Of a stretch of 64,000 nt of DNA, positions 31,650 to 39,675 are shown in pieces. This DNA comes from Candidatus Daviesbacteria bacterium (lineage in GTDB: Bacteria; Patescibacteriota; Microgenomatia; Daviesbacterales; UBA10151), in the NCBI GenBank assembly GCA_016184225.1, contig JACPDA010000004.1:6800-70799 (forward strand), given 5' to 3'. Positions within the stretch are counted from its first letter, which is position 1. Each line of letters begins with the position of its first letter. The position numbers and the translations under genes were made by a program. The notes beneath the pieces were generated by a model. The model ran no database searches. It saw only the letters and a list, made by a program, of their open reading frames with translations, and was not told where the DNA came from.

Positions 31650-32406
31650 ATTTACTCCTTGATAGGTGGATGAATACATCCCTAAGGTTTGGCTCATCCC
31701 CTTCCAGCTTAAGCACACTCTGAGTCAACTCAAGCGGGGTACCGGAAGCCACAATTTTTCCGTGGTTTAAGAAAATCACATTATTGGCAATCTCTTCTAT
31801 TTCCCACATGTTGTGGGAAGTATAAAGAATGGTAATTTTTTCCTCTTTTTGGATTTGTTTGAGCAAATTAATCCCTTTATCCACCACATCAGGATCCATG
31901 GAAACCATCGGCTCATCTAAAAGCAGTAGTCTTGGTTTATTAAGCAAGGCCTTACACAGGTTAGCCCTAGCCCGTAGCCCTGTTGATAAATCCCGGGTAG
32001 CAGTGTTGCGGAAATCAATCATTTCAAAAAGCTGGAGCAGTTCCGTGATTCTTTTTTTGGCCTCCGGCACTTCATAAAGCTTGGCATAAACCAATAAGTT
32101 CTCCCAAATAGTTAAATTCCAAGGCAAATTAAAATCAGCCGAAGCATAATTTACTTCTTTAAAAATTTCACTCCTGTCTTTGGAAATATCCTTGCCAAAA
32201 ATACGGATATTACCCTCATCCGGAACAATCAAACCTAAAATGCAATAAATAGTGGTAGATTTGCCTGCCCCATTTGGTCCTAAAAATCCCAAAATCTCCC
32301 CTTCTTTCAAAGAAAAAGAAATATTATCAATAGCAGTAAATCCGCCGGCTGGCGGACCAAAGTTTTTCCTTAAATTTTTCACTTCCAAAATCACCCTTTT
32401 ATCCAT
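31639..32406 (-). CDS. ABC transporter ATP-binding protein (start MDKRV)
   Basis: GPNGAGKST, LSTG, LLLDEP, SH. Confidence 0.93.
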   Translation of the reverse strand: MDKRVILEVKNLRKNFGPPAGGFTAIDNISFSLKEGEILGFLGPNGAGKSTTIYCILGLIVPDEGNIRIFGKDISKDRSEIFKEVNYASADFNLPWNLTIWENLLVYAKLYEVPEAKKRITELLQLFEMIDFRNTATRDLSTGLRARANLCKALLNKPRLLLLDEPMVSMDPDVVDKGINLLKQIQKEEKITILYTSHNMWEIEEIANNVIFLNHGKIVASGTPLELTQSVLKLEGDEPNLRDVFIHLSRSKYES

Positions 32407-32419
32407 AATTTTCCCTTCT

Positions 32420-32502
32420 GTCATTGCGAGCGATTAGCGTGGCAATCTAATTAAGGATTTACCCACCCAAGATTGCTTCGTCACTACGTTCCTCGCAATG
32501 AC
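32420..32502. repeat. Family A palindromic element
   Basis: gtcattgcgag...gcaatc...gattgc...ctcgcaatgac. Confidence 0.85.
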
Positions 32503-32592
32503 AATTGTATTGTATTTATTGTAGTTTAGATTGAGGCTAATTACCAGAGATCAAGCAGGTTTTGCGGAACGGGTTACAACCCTGAGCGAGCG

Positions 32593-33579
32593 TTAGCGAG
32601 TCGAACGGGCCTCAGAGACTTTTTGGGCTCTTTCTAAAAAGCTTTTTTGGGCAGCCTGTACATTTTCTTCCTTCCCGACCCAGACGGTTAAGGCCTCATC
32701 CTGCAAAGCCCGGCCATATGAGAAAGACAACTGCCAGGGACCACCAATTTTGGTGATAGCAGCCAAATTCTCAGTGGCCTGATCTGGAGTCTGGCCTCCT
32801 GACAAAAACACAATCCCGGGAACCTCTTTTGGTATTACTTCCAGGAAAGTTTGTACCGTAGCTTCGGCAATTTCTTGACTGCTGGCCTGAATAGAACTTT
32901 CCTTCCCGGAAATAACCATATTAGGCTTTAACACCATCCCTTCTAATACTATTTTGTGGGCTTTTAACCGGTTAAAAACCGCTTTCAAGGTTTTAGCAGT
33001 TACTTCCCAGCATTTTGCCAAATCATGGCTGCCGTCCATCAGCACTTCCGGCTCCACGATCGGCACTATCCCCTGCTCCTGACAAAGTTTGGCATATTCA
33101 GCCAGCCTTTCAGCGTTTTGCTGAATACAATTATCCGTCGGTATTCCCTCTCCGATGGTAATAACAGCCCGCCATTTGGCAAATTTCGCACCTAATTGCT
33201 TGTATTCAGATAACCGCTCTTTTAATCCCTCTAAACCTTCCGTGACTTTCTCACCTGCAGAATTTGGTAAATCTACCAAACCCTGATCCACTTTTATTCC
33301 CGGTAAAATCCCTTTACTTTCCAGGTATTTTGGAACAGACACCCCATTAATAGACTGCCTGATTGTTTCATCATAAAGGATGACACCTGATAAAAACTGT
33401 TCAATTCCTGGAGTAGTAAAAAGCATTTTGCGGTAAGCTAAATTAGTTTCCGGGCTGGACTGCAAACCGATTTTTTCAAATCTTCTTTGAATGGTTTTAG
33501 TAGATTCATCAGCAGCCAGGATCCCTTTTCCCGACGCCATTAGAGCTTGAGCAGTTTGTTTTAGTATAGATATATCCAT
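32593..33579 (-). CDS. Class I fructose-bisphosphate aldolase
   Basis: GILAADES, PIVEPEV, LKPNM, FLSGGQ, FSYGRALQ. Confidence 0.95.
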   Translation of the reverse strand: MDISILKQTAQALMASGKGILAADESTKTIQRRFEKIGLQSSPETNLAYRKMLFTTPGIEQFLSGVILYDETIRQSINGVSVPKYLESKGILPGIKVDQGLVDLPNSAGEKVTEGLEGLKERLSEYKQLGAKFAKWRAVITIGEGIPTDNCIQQNAERLAEYAKLCQEQGIVPIVEPEVLMDGSHDLAKCWEVTAKTLKAVFNRLKAHKIVLEGMVLKPNMVISGKESSIQASSQEIAEATVQTFLEVIPKEVPGIVFLSGGQTPDQATENLAAITKIGGPWQLSFSYGRALQDEALTVWVGKEENVQAAQKSFLERAQKVSEARSTR

Positions 33580-33590
33580 ATCCTCCTCTT

Positions 33591-33672
33591 GTCATTCCGA
33601 GGAGCGAAGCGACGTGGGAATCTTTATTTTTTAATCAAGATTGCCACAGCCACTTCGTGGCTTCGCAATGAC
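33591..33672. repeat. Family A palindromic element
   Basis: gtcattccgaggagcgaagcgacgtgggaatc...gattgc...cgcaatgac. Confidence 0.85.
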
Positions 33673-33674
33673 AC

Positions 33675-34730
33675 TTAACGGTGTAACCGTTTTTCTATCT
33701 TGGCACCTCTTTTAGATACTGTCAAGGTTGTCACTTCATGTCCGCCGTCTTTTTCTACTACTCCGGATAAATCAAACCATTTATTATCACCGGTTATGGC
33801 AGAAATGGAGACCGAGCAATCCTCCTTTTTACCGGAAACCAACTCATCTATTTTCCAAGCCTTTTTGTATTTTTGGGCAATTTCCGTATCAGGCGACCAA
33901 CCCCTACCTTCCCCTACCGCCCCCAAAGCTTTGGCTGCCACTGCCGCGAGTACCCCCTCTTCAAATCCTCCAATCCCCATCACCAGATGTATTCCTTTTG
34001 TCATTCTGGCACCGACTCTGTCGAGTGTCCTCGATTCCATCGGGACTTGTCCAGAATCTTTTTTAGGATCCATACAAGATAAGATAGACGGCAGAAAGTC
34101 TCCGGCGGGAATCTTAATGAGATTAACCCCGAATTTTTGGCAGGCATTAATCAAATGGCTATTCCTGTCCCGATCCATCATCACCACATTAATCTCAGCA
34201 GGTTTGACTCTAAATATATCCACCACTTCTGCTAAATTTTCCTCTACTCTCTTATCAATGGAAATCTTACCTAGTAGCTCGGGTGGGCCAAATAATTTAT
34301 CCATATAATCTATATCCGGCGGAGTTGGCATCAAGCCTTTGTGGGAACCTACTGCGATCACAGAAACAGCCCCGGGAGAATTTAACTTGGCAGCTTTACT
34401 GCCTTCCACCACATCGTTAACCATGTCCAATTTCAAGTCACTTCCGCCAGCTGGCGAACCAAAAGTTCCCTCCAAAGTTGGCAGCGCTTCCCCGTATTGA
34501 TGGATATGTTTTCTGCCCTCAGAGCCAACTACTTCCAAAACAAACGGGATATCGGTTAAAGCAGCATACATAGCATCCACCCCGGCCTGGTCAATCAATT
34601 TCTCCCGGGCCTTGGATTCTTCTTCTGTCAAAAGATCTTGCGGGCTAAAGCCTTTTTCCTGAATTAGCCTCCAAACTGATAAAGCAGTTAGCTCGGTGGC
34701 ACGAATAATATAATCTCTAACTTTAGGCAT
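33675..34730 (-). CDS. glpX: Class II fructose-1,6-bisphosphatase (GlpX-like)
   Basis: GSEG, DVVEGS, YMDKL, GIGGFEEGVLAA; upstream of aldolase. Confidence 0.8.
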   Translation of the reverse strand: MPKVRDYIIRATELTALSVWRLIQEKGFSPQDLLTEEESKAREKLIDQAGVDAMYAALTDIPFVLEVVGSEGRKHIHQYGEALPTLEGTFGSPAGGSDLKLDMVNDVVEGSKAAKLNSPGAVSVIAVGSHKGLMPTPPDIDYMDKLFGPPELLGKISIDKRVEENLAEVVDIFRVKPAEINVVMMDRDRNSHLINACQKFGVNLIKIPAGDFLPSILSCMDPKKDSGQVPMESRTLDRVGARMTKGIHLVMGIGGFEEGVLAAVAAKALGAVGEGRGWSPDTEIAQKYKKAWKIDELVSGKKEDCSVSISAITGDNKWFDLSGVVEKDGGHEVTTLTVSKRGAKIEKRLHR

Positions 34731-35892
34731 CTTTTTTAAGATTCTTCTCTATTAATTCCAAAATTTCTTTTTTAAATCGCTCCTTAGAAAACCTTTCGGC
34801 ATTTTTCCTTAAATTTTCAGCTTTGAAATTATCTTCCCTGAACTCCCGCAGTACACCGATCAAACTCTCTACTGTCACCATTCCCGGGCCACCGTATAGT
34901 AATCCTGTTGCCTGGTCCACCACTGTTTCCAAAAACCCGCCGCTTCTCGGAGCTATCACCGGAGTTCCGGCTGCTTGGGCCTCAACTCCGGTAATGCCAA
35001 AATCCTCATCTTCGGAGGCCAAAATCAGAGCTTTAGCGTTTTGCAAGAGTTTGATTCTTTCTTCGTCAGAAACCCAACCAAGAAAGGCATCAGGTTTCAG
35101 GTTACAGGTTACAGCAAGATTCTTTAAATTGTCCAGTTCAGGGCCGGTTCCGGCTACTTTTAGCGGCAACCCTAATTTTCCGCAAGCCTCCACCACTATA
35201 TCCACTCCCTTTCCCCTTACTAATCGACTTAAAACCAGGAAATAGCTATCAGCTTTCAGCTTTCGGCTTTCAGACTGTCTAACGACTGCGGGCCCCCGAA
35301 GGGGAGGACGACTGAAAGCTTTAATATCTACCGGCGGGTATATCACCACACTATCCCTTCTATAAAACTTCTTGATTCTCTCTTGGATATTTTTGGAATT
35401 AGCCACCAATATATCCGGCCGCTGGGAAACTTCAAAATCATAAATCCGTAAGAAATGATTTGCTAATTCTCCTAAAATCCGGGTGACAGGATTCTTCTTA
35501 TAATTAAATGAGGTGGTGTAGCCATATAAAAAACGCGGGGGGGTGTGAATATAGCTTAAATGCAAAGCTTCAGGTTTAGTGATTGCCGCCTTAGCTGAAT
35601 AAGTAGCAGCGGAGGTAATTACCAAATCATAGGCCGAGAAATCAAAGCTTTCAAACATCATCGGGGCAAATAATCTAAAAGGAGACAATAACTTATTGGC
35701 AAAAGGAAATTTCTGAAACCAAGAAGTCCGAATATCCCAACTTTTAAACCTTTTGCCGTTTTCTCCCATTGAACTAAGGTTTACATAAGCAGTATACAAA
35801 GGAGCCTCCGGAAAAATTTCATGCAAAGCTTCCAGCACCCGCTCAGCACCACCATATTCCCTTAAATAATCATGCGCCAAGGCTACTTTCAT
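34723..35892 (-). CDS. Glycosyltransferase family 4
   Basis: GGAERV, HTPPR, EDFGITGVEA. Confidence 0.92.
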   Translation of the reverse strand: MKVALAHDYLREYGGAERVLEALHEIFPEAPLYTAYVNLSSMGENGKRFKSWDIRTSWFQKFPFANKLLSPFRLFAPMMFESFDFSAYDLVITSAATYSAKAAITKPEALHLSYIHTPPRFLYGYTTSFNYKKNPVTRILGELANHFLRIYDFEVSQRPDILVANSKNIQERIKKFYRRDSVVIYPPVDIKAFSRPPLRGPAVVRQSESRKLKADSYFLVLSRLVRGKGVDIVVEACGKLGLPLKVAGTGPELDNLKNLAVTCNLKPDAFLGWVSDEERIKLLQNAKALILASEDEDFGITGVEAQAAGTPVIAPRSGGFLETVVDQATGLLYGGPGMVTVESLIGVLREFREDNFKAENLRKNAERFSKERFKKEILELIEKNLKKDA

Positions 35893-35914
35893 CTTTAAGT
35901 ATTATACCTTCTAA

Positions 35915-36062
35915 AAGGCAACGAAGTCTAAGCCAGTCAAAAAATGTTGAGGATTTTGTGCGAATTGTCTCAATGATAAAAGACCAAAATCCTCCACAAA
36001 ATTCTCACAAGTGAGCAAGTTCCAACCGTGCGAGCGATTTTTTGCGGCCAGACGAGCTGCTT
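35915..36062. repeat. Family D structured intergenic repeat, copy 2
   Basis: Homologous to 9303..9449. Confidence 0.8.
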
Positions 36063-36883
36063 TATACACTCTTTGCTGCCTCTATCAACTCCTCAAAGCT
36101 TAATTTAGTGGGTTTGGAATCCGGAGCAGAGGAAGAGCCGCAAATTACCATATGATGGCTTTGGTGCAGAAACCAGGTAGCCCCCGGATCTAAGGCTTTA
36201 ACTTTTTCATAAATTGGCTTTAAATCAATCTCAAAAGAAGGGGTAAAAAATTGGACCGAGTGGTATTTGGGATTATACATCAAAAAAAGATTTCCCCCCT
36301 GCTGCCGGCAAAACTCCCGGTCTACTGTTTCAGAAATAACGGCAAAGCTCTTCCCAAATTTAGTTTGAAATTCTATTCTTTTTTCCCAATCCTTTATACT
36401 TTGCTCTCTTCTTTTTAAGACCTTCAAGATCCTCTCCAGTATTTCCATTCCCAGCTCAACTGACTTGCCGGAAGTTTGTGAAGAATTATCCCGGCTCCTG
36501 ATAAAAGCCTGGACAGAAAACTCATCAAACTGGCTATCCGGGGCTTTGCCGGTATCTACTAATAGGTTCCACTGAGTCAGCTTGTCTAAAGCTTTCCGGG
36601 TAATTTCATCTGCCGGAATATAGTTTTTTTCTTTTAAATACTCATAAACTAAAGTGCCGGCACAAGTATCCAAGCCTTCTTTATGTTCATCAAACCTACC
36701 TCCGCCTGTGCCTACAAAAACTTTATCCTTCGACTCGCTTTGTTCGCTCAGGACTCCCGCTTCGCGGGAGGCTGAAATAAACTCCAACTTGGCATCTTTA
36801 AAATCCGGATGGAACTTTTTAAACAGCCAAATACAGGCAATATCATCTAAGTGCGGGTTGATGTGAGTGACTAAAATTTTCAT
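36062..36883 (-). CDS. MYG1/DHH-like putative hydrolase
   Basis: THINPHLDD, GGGRFDEH, FLHQSHH. Confidence 0.55.
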   Translation of the reverse strand: MKILVTHINPHLDDIACIWLFKKFHPDFKDAKLEFISASREAGVLSEQSESKDKVFVGTGGGRFDEHKEGLDTCAGTLVYEYLKEKNYIPADEITRKALDKLTQWNLLVDTGKAPDSQFDEFSVQAFIRSRDNSSQTSGKSVELGMEILERILKVLKRREQSIKDWEKRIEFQTKFGKSFAVISETVDREFCRQQGGNLFLMYNPKYHSVQFFTPSFEIDLKPIYEKVKALDPGATWFLHQSHHMVICGSSSAPDSKPTKLSFEELIEAAKSV

Positions 36884-36903
36884 GTTATGATGGAAAGTAT
36901 ACC

Positions 36904-37698
36904 ATGGCTATAGCCAAAAAACTTATTCTTGCCCCTTTATTTCTAATTGTTTTTGCTTTGCTTGTCTCTCAACTGAGCCCTTTTTTAAAATCCTATGATT
37001 TTATTTTTTCACTGTCGATCAACACCTTGATAACACTATTAGTTTTGTCTTTTTATGTCTTGATCTCATGCTTTCTGTTTGTACTATTTGCCACACTGGC
37101 TCAGAACTTCAAAATAATCTTGCCAATAGCTTTTTTATCTGCTTTAATACCTCTGCTTTTTCTGGAATCAGCCTTAGCCTTAGTACTAGCTGTCGCCATA
37201 TTTGTCAGTTTTTTGCTCACTTTTTTATCCCTGGCCAATTCTTTAAAAAGTTATTTGACTTTTAAACCAGAAGCTCTACTCGGTCCTGCTATCAGGAGTC
37301 TGGCTGGCTTCTTGATTGCAGCAGTCTGTCTGGTCTACTTTTTATCTGCCAATAAAATTGTGGCTGAAAAAGGCTTTCAAATTCCCGATTCTTTAATTGA
37401 TACTGCACTGCAGTTGAGCACATCTTCGCTACCTAGCGTCCAACCAGAACAAGCCAGTTTATCCCAAGATCTTATCAAGCAAACTGTCAAAGACCAAATA
37501 CAAACTTTTATTAAGCCCTATATCAACTTCATCCCCGCCGGCCTGGCTCTACTGCTATTTCTAACTCTCCAGTCTCTAACTTCCATCCTCAATCTTCTAA
37601 TCTATCCCCTGCTTTGGATCACTTTCGCTATTTTGGAAAGAACAGGATTTGTGAAGTTTGAGGTCGAACAAAGACCGGTCAAAAAACTTGTTGTTTAG
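36904..37698 (+). CDS. Multi-pass membrane protein
   Basis: About six hydrophobic helices. Confidence 0.75.
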   Translation: MAIAKKLILAPLFLIVFALLVSQLSPFLKSYDFIFSLSINTLITLLVLSFYVLISCFLFVLFATLAQNFKIILPIAFLSALIPLLFLESALALVLAVAIFVSFLLTFLSLANSLKSYLTFKPEALLGPAIRSLAGFLIAAVCLVYFLSANKIVAEKGFQIPDSLIDTALQLSTSSLPSVQPEQASLSQDLIKQTVKDQIQTFIKPYINFIPAGLALLLFLTLQSLTSILNLLIYPLLWITFAILERTGFVKFEVEQRPVKKLVV

Positions 37699-37703
37699 AT
37701 CAA

Positions 37704-37940
37704 CTATTGCCAGTTGAAGACAGGAACTTCAAGAATCTGTCTGGGTTTTTGATCTTTAGAAGTCTTTTTAACTAAATTATCAAGCCTCTTTGAAACTTCA
37801 GCTGAATAATATCTCTCACCACATTGAGTACATACTTCAACCGGCACATTTTTGACAACATATAACTTATCGCCCCACCTAAAGTCGACATCGATATTTT
37901 TTATTCTGGTAGCTCCTTTACAAAAATAGCATTTATTCAC
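37704..37940 (-). CDS. YgiT/MqsA-type zinc-finger protein
   Basis: CYFC...NVPVEVCTQCGERYY. Confidence 0.85.
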   Translation of the reverse strand: MNKCYFCKGATRIKNIDVDFRWGDKLYVVKNVPVEVCTQCGERYYSAEVSKRLDNLVKKTSKDQKPRQILEVPVFNWQ

Positions 37941-38241
37941 GATTTTTTAACTCCTTTGCTCTTGTTTTCCAATTGACCCAAGCTGGCAGTTTTGGTCTGT
38001 AAACTGTCACAACCAGCAATCTCTCCCCTCTAAATCCACAAACAACATGCAATGTTTTACTTACTACTAAACAGCTTGAACCTCTTGGATCTTTTGGATA
38101 CTTTTCTATTATACTACCTTTTAAAATAGTTTTCTCTATTTCCTCAATAATAATTTGTTCATCCTGGCGCTCAGAATGAGCATGAGCTGAAAGATCATAT
38201 TCCTGTGATCTAATTTTCCGCCTGATGAGTTTAATATCCAT
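37933..38241 (-). CDS. DUF4258-like putative toxin
   Basis: SAHAHSE, IEKYP, LHVV, VTVYRP; coupled to the YgiT-type gene. Confidence 0.75.
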   Translation of the reverse strand: MDIKLIRRKIRSQEYDLSAHAHSERQDEQIIIEEIEKTILKGSIIEKYPKDPRGSSCLVVSKTLHVVCGFRGERLLVVTVYRPKLPAWVNWKTRAKELKNRE

Positions 38242-38261
38242 CTACATCTAGTTTAGCATTA

Positions 38262-38333
38262 TTGGAAAGAACAGGATTTATTAGGTTTGAGGTCGAACAA
38301 AGACCGGTTAAGAAACTGGTGGTTTAGATTCAA
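38262..38333 (+). repeat. Displaced copy of the 3' end of 36904..37698
   Basis: LERTGFIRFEVEQRPVKKLVV* versus LERTGFVKFEVEQRPVKKLVV*. Confidence 0.9.
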
Positions 38334-38976
38334 CAGCTAAACCAACTAAACTCTGTAGGTCGATTCTACGAGAAAACGATCCTGCAGTAAACTCATAATA
38401 TTGTTTGAAAAAAAATGCTACATGCTCACCTCTGACTAAAAAAGATAAAGGATACCATCCTTGTTCGTCCAGGTTCAATTGAACAAATGCAGCTTTTGTT
38501 TCGGGAGAAGAATCAGACTCAACCATAATCATTTCATAACGAGGCCTTTCTCGACAGGTATAGGCACGAACAAGACTTGATCCTTTAGCTTCAACTATCC
38601 TCCTTACTGCATCCATCGTCTTAGGTGATGTTTGATCTGGTTCTACAAACAAACTTATCCCGAAATCTTCCTTTTTCTTGCCTTCTATGATTTTCAAAAC
38701 CGGCTTTGTGGCCATAATCTGAACCATTGTGTCGCCCACAACTAAAACACTCTGTTGCGCTTGTTCCAGTAATTCGCCAATCTTCTGTGGGTGTCGAGGA
38801 GGGGCACAAAACTCCATATCCGGATTTAAACCTAGTTGAAGAAGCCCAACGCTAAGTGCCTTCAGTGTTATCTTGCTTCTATGCGCCTCCTCGCGTAGTA
38901 GTTTATGTATAGAAGATGGAACACCAATCGTCATTACTACGGGTATATCCCACCCTCCTGTTTGTGTTTCTGTCAT
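38308..38976 (-). CDS. Hypothetical protein (probable start MTETQ)
   Basis: Long ORF; possible RHH-like N-terminus. Confidence 0.55.
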   Translation of the reverse strand: MTETQTGGWDIPVVMTIGVPSSIHKLLREEAHRSKITLKALSVGLLQLGLNPDMEFCAPPRHPQKIGELLEQAQQSVLVVGDTMVQIMATKPVLKIIEGKKKEDFGISLFVEPDQTSPKTMDAVRRIVEAKGSSLVRAYTCRERPRYEMIMVESDSSPETKAAFVQLNLDEQGWYPLSFLVRGEHVAFFFKQYYEFTAGSFSRRIDLQSLVGLAVESKPPVS

Positions 38977-39044
38977 TGGCCGTAAATATATCACAAAGGA
39001 AGTTAAATGTGAAGCGGCTTCATTTCTCCCCAGTTGGCTAAGTA

Positions 39045-39641
39045 TCAAATTGGTACTACCCAAAAAGCAACACCACAAAACTTATTGGGCTTATTATAAC
39101 TCCAGTCAGAGACGCTCGGACCCTTACCAGCAACAAAACGACCGACCGTGGCAAAACGGGTACGTGGGTTATTTGTTGGAGTGCATGTTATTATAGTAGG
39201 AAGCTCACCATCAGACTGATCCTTATAATCTTCACCAAGCAAGCGGATTTTTTCTTGATCAAAATACCAAAACAGCACCCCTGTAGCTTCTGAGGCCTGA
39301 GGCCTCCGAATAGTTACCCCCTCCAAACCCGGTCTCCTTCTTAGTTTTTCTGCTTCCTGTTCAATCAATATATCCTGTTCATCTCTAGTTTTATTAAAAG
39401 AATTAGGAATAAAAAATTTGTTTGAAGCAGGGTAAAAGGCCACCTCAACCAGTCTTGACCTAAAGCCACCCAATATACATCCTGCATTAGCTGTATACTC
39501 GACACGTTTCCCTGCCTCCATCTGGTCTTTTATCGTCTGCCCTTCGGGAAGATGTGTTACAGCCCCAGCATTCCTTAAAATATCCCTCTGCCGATCGTTG
39601 AAGGTTTTTACTAAAGCTAAATCGGATCCTACCTCAATCAT
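39045..39641 (-). CDS. Hypothetical protein
   Basis: 198-aa ORF downstream of polA. Confidence 0.6.
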   Translation of the reverse strand: MIEVGSDLALVKTFNDRQRDILRNAGAVTHLPEGQTIKDQMEAGKRVEYTANAGCILGGFRSRLVEVAFYPASNKFFIPNSFNKTRDEQDILIEQEAEKLRRRPGLEGVTIRRPQASEATGVLFWYFDQEKIRLLGEDYKDQSDGELPTIITCTPTNNPRTRFATVGRFVAGKGPSVSDWSYNKPNKFCGVAFWVVPI

Positions 39642-39675
39642 ATTGCTGGCATTTTATCATCCTATAGGCCATATG

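Noticed and set aside
33700-34308. 202-aa antisense ORF (and similar shadows in ligase, carB, ftsH)
   Set aside because: Mirror frame of well-supported genes, with no motifs
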